Below, piece after piece: positions 1 to 10,700 of a stretch of 31,364 nucleotides of DNA; the first letter of the stretch is position 1, and each line of letters begins with the position of its first letter. The translations under genes were made by a program, and so were the position numbers. Source of the DNA: Candidatus Hodarchaeota archaeon. GTDB lineage: Archaea > Asgardarchaeota > Heimdallarchaeia > Hodarchaeales > Hodarchaeaceae. The notes below the pieces were generated by a model. That model was not told the origin of the DNA, ran no database searches, and saw nothing but the letters and a program-made list of their open reading frames with translations. The stretch is from positions 1-31,364 of the forward strand of contig JAEOTQ010000106.1 in assembly GCA_016839785.1 (NCBI GenBank), read 5' to 3'.

Positions 1-285
1 GCTTCAGGATTTCAAGGATTCTTACTCTTGACTAGTATATCCAGTTTTGTACTGATATACCGTAAAAAACGCTAGGGCTCTCTTTCCCATTTTCCCTTTC
101 ATTTTTTAATTATTAATTTGATGAATCAGGATCCGATATGTGGATCAGGCTTATTATCATGAGAAATTTCTTCAACTATAGTAAAATGAATTATGAGAGA
201 AAATAAGGAAGGATGAAGGTATTCTTCTTATGCCCCTGTAATTAAATTTATAAAGGAAGAGGGTATAAGTACACGTGAAGGAAAA

Positions 286-471
286 ATGTCTGCTGAATCT
301 AAAGAACCTGATTCTGAAGTTGAAATCAAAAATATCATCAAAATTCTGGAGTATCTGAACTATGATGCTACCATTAACCTGAATGGAGTAGATCCAGCCT
401 TAGTGTTTCAGTGATTTGTTAAAACACTAATGAGAACTGCTATGGGGTTAGGGAAAAGAAATCTTTTATAA
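286..471 (+). other. Possible small ORF or gene remnant (42 codons to an in-frame TGA at 412-414, open again to TAG at 469-471)
   Basis: ATG at 286 after a purine-rich GAAGGA stretch; translates MSAESKEPDSEVEIKNIIKILEYLNYDATINLNGVDPALVFQ*FVKTLMRTAMGLGKRNLL; no family recognised. Confidence 0.25.
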
Positions 472-538
472 GAATGTATCTAAAAATTGCTATTAAGTAG
501 AGAACAATCTATATCTGATATAGGGGTGATTTTTGAGA

Positions 539-1159
539 TTAGGAGATAAAAAAACGCTTAAAATTGTTCTCATGATGGAATAGTGTCAAACTAATAAGAA
601 ACCACCAAGGAATAAATAATAAATACCCTGTGCTCATAATCATTGCCATTAATTTTGAATAGACGAACATAAAACTAATATCGGGGATTAGGATCAAACT
701 TGCTGATAAAACTCCTAAAAGTGCAACCTTGTCAGATCGACAATTCCATAATAGTATAGCTGAAATTGTTAAAGCAGTAGAAAATGTTGCTGTTCGACCG
801 ATCTCTTGAGTAACAAGGAAAAGTATTATTCCGAGAAAAGGTTGAGCGACTGCAATAATAGCTACAGATTTATTTATATCTTTAAGAACAGGGTAAAGAG
901 TAAGTGCAGTGATACTAACCAAAACTAAAATACTCATATCTAGAAGATTTATCACTGATAATAGTTCCTCTTTACTTTCACTATATTCAGCGTGCTGTTT
1001 AATCAATCTAATTACAAAGTTCTGCTGAAATAACTCGAAAGTATTTGTCATTAATTCGATTAATGCAAAAAAGAAAATGACTGCGATACTTAAAGATGCG
1101 ATTCCCCCTAATACATATGTTAAGTTCTCCAGTGAGTTTTCATTATTTAACTCCGTCAT
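539..1159 (-). CDS. Hypothetical multi-pass membrane protein
   Basis: 206-aa ORF with about 6 hydrophobic segments; AGGAGA upstream of the ATG on the minus strand. Confidence 0.7.
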   Translation of the reverse strand: MTELNNENSLENLTYVLGGIASLSIAVIFFFALIELMTNTFELFQQNFVIRLIKQHAEYSESKEELLSVINLLDMSILVLVSITALTLYPVLKDINKSVAIIAVAQPFLGIILFLVTQEIGRTATFSTALTISAILLWNCRSDKVALLGVLSASLILIPDISFMFVYSKLMAMIMSTGYLLFIPWWFLISLTLFHHENNFKRFFIS

Positions 1160-1472
1160 TTAAAATTCTCCTGATTTTTTAAACCATTCAAACAATTATA
1201 TCACGAATTTTTCCCTATATTCATATCATATCTTAAACCAGTTTTAAGGAGTGAATATCTCGGAATTGAAATGGAATTCTATGGCTTAGGAATTAAAATT
1301 AGATTCCGAAAAACAGGTTAATATCAAAAAAAGGGAACTGAGAATTTTTTTTTGCTCATAAAGCAAGACTTTTATTTTAAGCAGACAATTTCATATAAAT
1401 TGATGAGATTATAGAATTAATAATTTGCTACGAGCTTATCGTAACACATTATGGACAATAAGGGATATTTTC

Positions 1473-2423
1473 ATGGAAAAAATCGTCGTTTCAGCGCCAG
1501 CAACAATTGCTAATATTGGCCCAGGATTTGATGTTTATGGATTGGCTGTTGACTCCCCTGTAGATATCATTAAAGCTAAAAAATTAGAACATCGGCCGAA
1601 AGAGGTAATTATTAGTAGAGCGAATCTCCCCGAACTACCATTAGAAGCAGATCGGAATACAGCCGGGATCGCAGCTCAATTCGTTCTGAATAAAATTAAT
1701 GCTGACTTCGGAGTCGAGTTTAAGATTGAAAAAGGGATGGGAATTGGAACTGGACTGGGAAGTAGTGCTGCAAGTGCAGCAGCTGGAGTTAAAGCCGTGG
1801 CCCATTTCCTAAACAATGAGGTCAAAAATTTAGAATCAATCTTACTAGAAGCATGTATTGTAGCAGAAGAAGCTATTGACGGGGGAATTCATGGAGATAA
1901 CGTAGCTCCATCTCTATTTGGAGGATTTATTGTAATTCCTTCATCTAGAAGTCCACTTCTCTTTTCAAAATTTCTATTACCAAAGGAGCTACGAGTTATT
2001 CTTGCCACACCACCCATCTCCATTTTAACCGCAGACGCTCGACGGATTATTCCCAAAAAAATTGCTTTAAAACATTCAATTCAAAGTACTGGTTATGCGG
2101 GGCTAGTTATGGCGGGAATTATTAAAAAAGATCTTAAATTAATGGGGAAAGGGATTGTAGATACAATAATTGAACCTGTCAGAGCAGGTCTCATCCCCCA
2201 CTTTTATGATGTCAAACAAGCAGCTTTAGATGCGGGGGCATATGGCTGTTCAATATCTGGGGCTGGACCAACAGTTTTTGCGATTGCAGATGAAAATTCT
2301 GATTTAAAAAACATAGGAAAAGCAATGGCAGAAGCGTTTGAGATGCATAAACAAGTAACAGTTAGAATAGGTTTACCGAATAATGATGGAGCAAAAGTGC
2401 TTGCCAGAAGTTTCCATTTTTAA
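1473..2423 (+). CDS. thrB: Homoserine kinase (GHMP family)
   Basis: N-terminal APATIANIGPGFDVYG, GLGSSAASA ATP loop, HGDNVAP, ISGAGPT; ATG 1473 preferred over TTG 1425; overlaps thrC. Confidence 0.95.
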   Translation: MEKIVVSAPATIANIGPGFDVYGLAVDSPVDIIKAKKLEHRPKEVIISRANLPELPLEADRNTAGIAAQFVLNKINADFGVEFKIEKGMGIGTGLGSSAASAAAGVKAVAHFLNNEVKNLESILLEACIVAEEAIDGGIHGDNVAPSLFGGFIVIPSSRSPLLFSKFLLPKELRVILATPPISILTADARRIIPKKIALKHSIQSTGYAGLVMAGIIKKDLKLMGKGIVDTIIEPVRAGLIPHFYDVKQAALDAGAYGCSISGAGPTVFAIADENSDLKNIGKAMAEAFEMHKQVTVRIGLPNNDGAKVLARSFHF

Positions 2424-3627
2424 ATGTGTAAAATGCACAAAAACTTATTCCATCACATCAGGACACCTTGGTTGTCTCTGTGGAGGATTACTCGAAGTAA
2501 ACCACGACTGGACACTCTTCTCTCTGGCCGAAAAACTTGAACATTACAAACTCCATCCCTCTGGAGTGTGGCGATTTAAACCTCTTATTCATCCTGAAAT
2601 GCCTGATAAAGACATAGTAACGAGAGGTGAAGGATATACGAGATTGTATAGTGCTTCACGTCGTATTCTTGAGTTTGCGGGATGTAATAATCTCCAATTT
2701 AAACATGAAGGAGAAAATCCGACGGGCTCTTTCAAGGATCGGGGAATGACTGTAGGGATCTCTGAAGCAAAAAGACTTGGTATACATACGGTAGTCTGTG
2801 CCTCAACTGGGAATACCTCAGCATCATTAGCAGCATATGCCTCATATGCAGGTATTAATGCTACGGTTATTCTACCTAAAGGAAAGATTGCATTTGGAAA
2901 ATTAGCTCAAGCCTTAGCATATGGGGCGAATGTCTATACTGTAGAGGGAATATTTGATGACGCAATGCAACAGGTGATAGATCTCGCCGTAAAAGATGGA
3001 AGTTATTTATTGAATAGCGTTAATCCCTGGCGAATAGAAGGCCAGAAGACAATTATTTTTGAGCTCCTGGAGAAGCTTAACTGGGAGTCACCTGATTGGA
3101 TCGTAGTTCCAGCGGGAAATCTAGGGAATACCTCTGCATTTGGAAAAGCGTTGAACGAGGCTTACAAATTAGAACTCATTACTGAAATCCCAAGGCTTGC
3201 AGCTGTTCAAGCAAAAGGAGCAAATCCTTTTGTGAAATTGTGGAAGGGTGGAATTTTCACTCCTGAACCTAATCCACAGACATTAGCAACAGCGATTAAT
3301 ATTGGTAATCCAGTAAGTCATTCCAAAGCTCTTGAAGCATTAAGATTTACCAAAGGAGTGGCAACAAGCGTTACTGATCAATTAATCCTTGATTCAAAAG
3401 CCATGATTGATAGGTCAGGGATAGGTTGTGAACCAGCTTCTGCTGCAACCTTAGCTGGGATTAAAAAGTTAGTGGAAGAAGGGATAATCCTACCCTCAGA
3501 GAAGGTCGTAGCAATTTTAACTGGACATTTATTGAAAGATCCTCAAATTGTAGTTGATTACCACCAAAATCAACTGGAAAATATCGAAGCCAAATATGCT
3601 AATAGGGTAAAGAGCTATAATAACTGA
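2383..3627 (+). CDS. thrC: Threonine synthase (PLP fold type II) with N-terminal CxxC...CxCGG zinc ribbon
   Basis: NPTGSFKDRG PLP-lysine motif, CASTGNTSAS, PAGNLGN, CEPASAA, LTGHLLKDP; adjacent to thrB. Confidence 0.95.
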   Translation: MMEQKCLPEVSIFKCVKCTKTYSITSGHLGCLCGGLLEVNHDWTLFSLAEKLEHYKLHPSGVWRFKPLIHPEMPDKDIVTRGEGYTRLYSASRRILEFAGCNNLQFKHEGENPTGSFKDRGMTVGISEAKRLGIHTVVCASTGNTSASLAAYASYAGINATVILPKGKIAFGKLAQALAYGANVYTVEGIFDDAMQQVIDLAVKDGSYLLNSVNPWRIEGQKTIIFELLEKLNWESPDWIVVPAGNLGNTSAFGKALNEAYKLELITEIPRLAAVQAKGANPFVKLWKGGIFTPEPNPQTLATAINIGNPVSHSKALEALRFTKGVATSVTDQLILDSKAMIDRSGIGCEPASAATLAGIKKLVEEGIILPSEKVVAILTGHLLKDPQIVVDYHQNQLENIEAKYANRVKSYNN

Positions 3628-3834
3628 TATCACCTAACCATTATTTTTAAAACATTATTAGGCAAGGTTGTCCAATGATTTCTATTCGCTTTTGCTAGAT
3701 ACAACGAGATAAAGTGGGATCACACAAATATTTGAGAGAACTCATTATTTTCATCAATGAAAGCATTATTCTTTACCACTTCCTATACTGATTTATACTT
3801 CTGAACTGATCTTGAGATTTGTGGTAGAATTTGA

Positions 3835-4266
3835 ATGGATCACGTAGTATATGTTGATGCAAAAGCGAAAGCAAAAGATCTAGAGGAAATTCTCACAGGG
3901 AAGCGAACGATGATTATTCGTGGAGCTACGGGTAGGAAGCTCCCCTATGGAAGAGTTCATGCGAATGATGTTCTCTATCTCATTCGAAATAATGGTGAGG
4001 GATTGATTCGAGGAAAATGCACTGTAACCCAAGTGATAAACAGTGAAAAAATGACCAAAGAGATATCTGAGCAGTTAGTATTAGAAAATCAGACCAAACT
4101 GAATTTAACAGAAAAACAGTTCAAAAGATGGGCAGGAAAACGATATTTGGTATTAATTACAGTTAAAGACGTTCAAGAGGTGGATCCATTTTCAATTGAC
4201 AGATCTGCTTATGGAAATATGGACGACTGGCTTCCAGTGGAGAATATTGAACAATTTAAGCATTAA
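3835..4266 (+). CDS. Conserved hypothetical protein, probable ASCH/PUA-like fold
   Basis: ILTGKRTMIIRG...PYGRV..NDVLYL pattern resembles the ASCH GxKxxExR...GD motif; clean 143-aa ORF. Confidence 0.65.
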   Translation: MDHVVYVDAKAKAKDLEEILTGKRTMIIRGATGRKLPYGRVHANDVLYLIRNNGEGLIRGKCTVTQVINSEKMTKEISEQLVLENQTKLNLTEKQFKRWAGKRYLVLITVKDVQEVDPFSIDRSAYGNMDDWLPVENIEQFKH

Positions 4267-4317
4267 AATATTAAATTAGGAGCGGTAGAATTAACATATG
4301 AGTCAGGAGTTACAAGA

Positions 4318-5230
4318 ATGACAAATTTTGAGTATAGGAACTGAGAACCCAATCAAGGACTGGAAGAACAGCAAGCAGACGTGTTTAATGAAGCAAATAT
4401 GTATAAGCTTCAACCAACCACCGCTGAACACATCAAAAAACTTTATACAAAATATAATATTAAATCAGAGAACGTAAGATACGCTTTTACTGGAAAAAAA
4501 ATGGTGGGATACATACACGCAAGAGTTCAAGAACAAGTGAAGGAGATTGTCTTAAGTTTTCCGTGGACAATCCCTAGTACACCAACAAAGGTTCGAGACA
4601 CACTTTATAATAACATCATCCAATATTTTAGGGATCAAAGTAAATTTACTAATTTTCAACTTCGGGTTAATCCCATGTGTGAACCTAAAACGAATATTAC
4701 GTTCCTCCTTAAACACGGATTTGCGATCAAAAATACTTGGAAAGAACTCTTGCTTTCATTGTCGTCGGTTGCTAATGCAAAATATAGTCCCAAATTTACT
4801 TCTCGTCTTGGATCAGAAGATGATATTGAGGATCTGATAGAATTAACTAAGAAAGACGGAAGCTATGCAAAACAATTAGATACAGACGGAAAGATTAGAG
4901 ATTATCTTGCGAATGAAATCATACCAACTGATCATTTAACTCTGGTCTATGAAAAATAATGTACTTAGTGCTGCTTGTGCACCCAAAGTTGGAGAGGATC
5001 GTCTTATTATGGATTTTGCCGTATTTGACGATATCAAGAACCAAGAACCTTTTGTTCCACTCTTTGTTGAACTTGCTAAAGCATGCTTTAACTCAGGATA
5101 TGGAAAGAACAAACCCATTTTAGTCTATACGGATAATATGGATACATCTGTGGAAGAACAAGAATTTCTGCAACAATTCACTCCAATTCAGACAAAAACC
5201 TTAATGCATTATTGTTACAAGAACCTCTGA
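4318..5230 (+). pseudogene. Disrupted ~300-aa hypothetical protein (possibly tandem GNAT-like fold)
   Basis: ATG 4318 after AGGAG; in-frame TGA at 4342-4344; ORFs 4381-4959 and 4949-5230 join if one A is removed from the A5 run at 4952-4956 (giving ...LVYENNVLSAAC). Confidence 0.7.
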
Positions 5231-5388
5231 TCAATAAGTAGTCTAATCTCAATCAGTCTCTTGATTTTTTCGTTCTCTCAAAACTTGGACAACCTTGTTG
5301 TTCTTGCTAAAATTATTCACAAAAATATCACTGTACAAGAAAATCAGGGTAGTTCGATAGTTGGATGGTGAATTGAAAAAATGAATTA

Positions 5389-5916
5389 TTATTTGTCAGA
5401 TGGGAACAATGGTTTCTTCATCCGTTCATAACTCGGACATCCAAGCTCACCTTGCATGCATTTATCGCAAAAATCCCCCCGTACAAGAAAATTAGGGGCA
5501 ATACCAATCAGAAAATATCCAATTAACAGTCCAAGATTCCCTAAAGTGATTTCTGTTACAAGTAACAATAACCCAATTGCTACTGGAATGAGCATGGTTC
5601 CAAAACTCAAGAAACCAGTGAAACCTACCTTTTTTGGATCTCGAAATTTACTTGGATCCCCTTTACTGAATATTAATTCAGCTAATTTTCCTAAACCGAA
5701 ATTACAATATCTACCCAGATAGTAACAATGCGTGCAGCGGAGCTTCATACTCACCATAAGCGTAGTTGCTGCAAGTATAAGATATAAAGCACTCAACATG
5801 GGATGGAAGAAGTACAAGACAAAAGCACCAGCTAAGTAACTTATAATTGTTAATGATGCTGATAAACACACAATCTTGAACGGATAAGATTCCAATTTAG
5901 ATACTGAACTTGCCAA
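5389..5916 (-). CDS. 4-TM membrane protein with two Cys clusters (CTHCYYLGRYC; CDKC...GCP)
   Basis: Hydrophobic helices and paired CxxC motifs; GGTGA precedes TTG at 5916, so start placed there rather than 5967. Confidence 0.75.
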   Translation of the reverse strand: MASSVSKLESYPFKIVCLSASLTIISYLAGAFVLYFFHPMLSALYLILAATTLMVSMKLRCTHCYYLGRYCNFGLGKLAELIFSKGDPSKFRDPKKVGFTGFLSFGTMLIPVAIGLLLLVTEITLGNLGLLIGYFLIGIAPNFLVRGDFCDKCMQGELGCPSYERMKKPLFPSDK

Positions 5917-6003
5917 AATATCACCAGGAATAAACTCGATACAATATTGAAGTTCTTCTTTCAGCAAACTTAAAAGAGTTTATCCTATTCCCATTAATTG
6001 AAA

Positions 6004-7716
6004 ATGTCCGCTAGTAAAATCAAGTGTTTAACCCTAACTTTTCTGTTAATTTTATCAATTAATAGCTTCATACACTCAATCGGACACCTTTCAATAACAA
6101 GAGTAGGTGATGTTTACAAGTTTCAGAGCATTCATGCTTCTTTTGAAAGAGAGTTATCAGAAATAAACTCGACAGCAATAGAAGAATTTGTAGATGCGTT
6201 TTTTGATGAGGAATTACTTAACTCATTCCTAGTTCCTGGAGTTGCTATAACTTTTGTCCAGAATAATGAAACCATATTTACTAAAGGGTTTGGATGGGCA
6301 AATGTATCCTCCTCCGTACCTGTTGATGCGAATGAAACGATATTTCGTGCTGGATCCATTTCTAAATCATTTGTAGCCACTGCAGTAATGCAACTCTATG
6401 AAAAGGGACTTCTTGAGTTAACTACAGATATTAATATGTATTCACCTACTTTTAACATTTCTGATTCCTATCCCAACCATCCCATAACATTACATCATCT
6501 TTTAACCCATACAGCAGGATTTGATGAGGTGTGGAATGTCACAACCTCCCCTACTAATATAAGTATCCTACCTGAATTTTTAGAAACTAATTTACCTAAA
6601 CGAATCTATGCTCCAGGAGAGGTATTTTGCTACTCCAATTATGGATACGCTCTGGCGGGATATCTTGTAGAAGTGATTTCAGGAATAAATTTTGATCAAT
6701 ATGTGAAGATAAACATTTTTGATCCGTTAGGAATGAATTCTTCAGGTTTTGAACAACCATTCAGTTCTTCACATCTTGAGGATTTCGCTCAAGGGTATTA
6801 CTTTGAAGATGAAGAACCTATACCTCTGGAACTCTATTACTTTATGGCTTATCCAGCAGGTTCCCTCTATACAACTGCTTCCGACATGTCAAAATTCATT
6901 GTTGCCCATCTCAATGGAGGTGTATACAATAATTCGAGAATCCTCAATACATCCACTATTCAATTAATGCAGAGTAGGCAATTCACTCATCATCCACAGC
7001 TGGGAGGATATTGTTATGGATTCTATGAGTATATAGATCATATCAATCAAAATATTAGCATTATCCACCATGCGGGAGATCTCTACGGATTCGCAAGCGA
7101 TTTAGTACTCTTCCCAGAATTAAATTTCGGTTTTTTCCTTTCTCATAACAGTGTTGGTACTGGATTTCGGGAAGTTTTTCTTGCAGCATTGTTCGATACT
7201 TTTTTTCCGACCCCATCCACTGTTCCGATACCCACCGACGATTTTATGGATCGTAAACAGCTTTATCAAGGTATTTATTGGTATAACCGATATCCTCATG
7301 AGAAATATGAACAAGGTGAGTATTCCGATGTTATCCCCTATTCCACCATAGAACTATCTGTAAATGAGTCGGCAGCGACATTAATTACTGTTATTAATGA
7401 ACAAGGGGAAACTATTAGTGTAGATTGGATTGAAATCGAACCCTTTCTCTTTCAATTACCTGAAACAGATACTAAACTGCTGTTGGTTCCTATTGATGAC
7501 AAGATCCAATATATTATTTTAGGACTGGCTGTATATGAACGACAGGATACGGACGATTCTTCTTTAACCACAACTAGTTTCCAATCAACTACAACAGAAA
7601 CTACACATTCTAAAGCAAATTTCACCAACATAGGAATAATTTTTTATGCGGTAATTATTTTAGTATTTCTCTCCAAAAGAAGGAAAAGAAAAAAGATAGA
7701 CGGTACTCAAAAGTGA
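6004..7716 (+). CDS. Membrane-anchored serine hydrolase, beta-lactamase class C/PBP-like family
   Basis: SISK (SxxK), YSN (YxN), HAG, LLTHTAG motifs; N-terminal signal, Thr-rich linker, C-terminal TM and basic tail KRRKRKK. Confidence 0.9.
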   Translation: MSASKIKCLTLTFLLILSINSFIHSIGHLSITRVGDVYKFQSIHASFERELSEINSTAIEEFVDAFFDEELLNSFLVPGVAITFVQNNETIFTKGFGWANVSSSVPVDANETIFRAGSISKSFVATAVMQLYEKGLLELTTDINMYSPTFNISDSYPNHPITLHHLLTHTAGFDEVWNVTTSPTNISILPEFLETNLPKRIYAPGEVFCYSNYGYALAGYLVEVISGINFDQYVKINIFDPLGMNSSGFEQPFSSSHLEDFAQGYYFEDEEPIPLELYYFMAYPAGSLYTTASDMSKFIVAHLNGGVYNNSRILNTSTIQLMQSRQFTHHPQLGGYCYGFYEYIDHINQNISIIHHAGDLYGFASDLVLFPELNFGFFLSHNSVGTGFREVFLAALFDTFFPTPSTVPIPTDDFMDRKQLYQGIYWYNRYPHEKYEQGEYSDVIPYSTIELSVNESAATLITVINEQGETISVDWIEIEPFLFQLPETDTKLLLVPIDDKIQYIILGLAVYERQDTDDSSLTTTSFQSTTTETTHSKANFTNIGIIFYAVIILVFLSKRRKRKKIDGTQK

Positions 7717-7770
7717 AAGACGGAGTACTCTATCAGAGTCCATAACACACCTTAACTAGTAGAACACTTT

Positions 7771-10700
7771 TTACACTTGTTTTTTTCGTATAATAGCAAA
7801 GATAATACCCAGAACAAGTAAGGAAAAACTTCCAAATCCAATTGAAACTTTGGGTTTGGAGGTGGAACTTGTGGTAGGTGGGACCTCAGTAGTGGGTGTA
7901 GGAGTACTAGTAGAACTAGATGAACTAGTAGAAGTCGATGAGGCGCTTGTGATGGTGGTAGTGGTAATTTCAACCATTTTTACTAAAAGAATTACAGTAT
8001 CAATTGCTTGATTTCCATTAAAATCAGTAACCACAAGTGAAAAGGTATATGTGCCTGCAGGAAGATTTCCTACATCAATTGAAACTGAACTGTTCTGATT
8101 CCATACACCAGAGGTCAACATCTCTCCATCTTGGTATATAATATAAGTACCATTATATCTGTCTGATATATTCCAATTTAGAAAGTAGCTAGTTGTGCCT
8201 TCCATGTACTCTTCATCATCGTGTGGATTAATTGTCGGAGGAGTGAGATCTATTACTTCAATAGTGACAACTGACTGCGATTCTTGGCCAAATAAATCCG
8301 AGAATGTCATGGTATATGTATAATTACCTAGATCCAACTCTGGGATTGTTATATTAATCCAGGTATTATTTCCCCAAATACCAGTGATAATAGTCCCGTT
8401 TGCTAAAATAAGAGTGTAATTAAAAGGGTAATAATCAATTGCTCTCCATGTTAACTCAGAACCAGCTGTCTCCTCTATGGTTTGGTTCAGAGGAGAGTTC
8501 ACAATAATTGGAGGTGTTACATCTATTACCAGCACAAAAACTGTATCTGCAGATGATAATCCCCTAGCATCATAGACTATTATTGTGTAGTTCCATACGC
8601 CAGGATGTAAACCATCAATTCTTATTGAAAGTGACTCATTTCCAACCCATGAACTAGTTAACGCTAATGAATCATTTTTATATATGAAGAAGACATCAGG
8701 ATTTAAGTCAGCTACTGTCCAAGTTAATGTATTATTGATACTCATTTCCAAGATGAATATATCTGATTCTTCACTAACAAGAGGAGGATTTGAGTCAATT
8801 AGTACGAAAACAAATACTGTATCATTTACTGTCAGATTATCTGTTGTTTTAACGAATATAGAGAAATTATATATTCCTGGGTCAAGATTGTCAACTAGGT
8901 AATTTACTAGCGTGCTATTGGTCCAATCATCAGTCTCAAGGGGGAGATCATCCTGATAAATTGTGTAATTGCCCGTTTTATTACTAATTATGGTCCAACT
9001 AATCCAATTATTCATCATCCCTTCAGTATATGTGATATTTTCTGGTTGATTGATGGCTAGTCCCTTAACTGGCTCAACTATGACAAACACTGAGTCTTTC
9101 AGTGATAGATTACTATGATCGAACACTACTAGTGTATAATTGTAGATTCCGATACTTGCATTGGCTATTATGAATTGTATTGGAAAGCTACTATTCCAAG
9201 AATCCGATTGAACTACTATACCATCTTCATAGAGTGTATAGTGAGATGGATTATAATCGGTAACTAACCAAGTAATGACGGTACCAGTAGTTTCAACAAT
9301 AGTTTTGTTCCCTGGACTTGTGATAAGAGGAGGGGTAGAATCAGGAAGAACAGTAAGGAATAAAGTACTTGTAGCATTCAAAGCTGAAGTATCATGGATC
9401 AGAAGAGTAATATTATAGATTCCAGACAAGAAATCAGAATAATCTAGAGAAATATTGGTATCAGAGGTCCAATTACCGTCCAAATATACCTGGTCGTCTA
9501 CAAAAATTGTGAAATTATAAGGATGTATATCATTCGCAATCCAAGTAATAGGGATAGTCGGGTACCCGTATTCATGGGTGAAGTTCGTAGGGTGACTGAC
9601 AACAGGAGCAGTTCCATCGTATATTACTACATAATGGGTAGAAGAATTGATGTTCGATGAAGAATCATTTACATAAATAATGAATTCAAATACACCCAAC
9701 GGTAGGTTGGTTACATTCAGAGTAATTGTCTGCCCAGAAGTCCAAGAACCATTAGCATAAAGAACGCTATCCATGAATATAGAATAGTTCCAAGGATGTA
9801 AATCAGTAAGCGTCCAATTGATAGATTTATCAGGCAATACCTCCATAAAAACAAATATTTTACCAGAATTTAAATTCGGAGGAGTTGTATCTATCACCGT
9901 AACAAAGACGGTATCACTACGTTCATTACTATCGGTATCAATAAACTTGATTGTAATATTATGAACACCTAATCCTAATCCATCAACTGAATAGTTAATA
10001 ATTTCTCTCGATGTCCAAAGATTAGAGAAAACTGGTATATCATCAACAAGAATACTGAACATAAATGGACTTTCATCCAAGGCTACCCACGTTAAATTAT
10101 GCCCAATTGTTGCTTCTTCATAGGTCAGATTCGAAGGTGGATCAATGATCTCGGGTGGTAATTCTATAGAATACCAAATCATTAACGGGAAGTTGTCACT
10201 TGAACTCACAGAACCAGAGATAAGGTATGGGGAGTCTCCAATACCATCAGAATTATTATCAATACCTCGATAATCCAACCAAAAATTACCATGCGTACCA
10301 TTATCCCAATTTTGATTATTCCACGTGGAATAACCCTGGTTAATCGCTCCTCCGCGATTGTGGAGAAAATTATTCAGATAAATATGGTTTGCGGGTTCAC
10401 TACTTCCGACATAGATCCCATAATCAGTGCATCCAATTACGGTATTGTTACGAACAGTAACGTTTCCCGAATCATAGAAATCAATTCCATAATCGCCGCA
10501 ATTTCGAATCAAGTTGTTTTCTACAGTGGAATTAAATGACCAAGTAATCGATATCCCATTATAGATCACATTTTCTATATAGTTATTCGCGATATAGGTA
10601 TCTTCAAAAAAGCCATAAATTCCATATCTTCCATCTTTAATAATATTATTGGTTACCGTGGAATTAATAATCGTGGAACTTAATCTAATACCTTCATCAG

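Noticed and set aside
412-4344. TGA recoding (Trp or Sec) suggested by in-frame TGAs at 412, 4342 and 25103
   Set aside because: TGA serves as a normal stop (e.g. 7714-7716, and paralog copy 1 where copy 2 uses TAA), TGG encodes Trp throughout, and there is no redox-Cys context or clear SECIS.
7860-7970. Short GTAGT/ACTAGTAGA-type repeats
   Set aside because: Explained by the Ser/Thr/Pro linker codons of the surface protein; not a CRISPR array or satellite.
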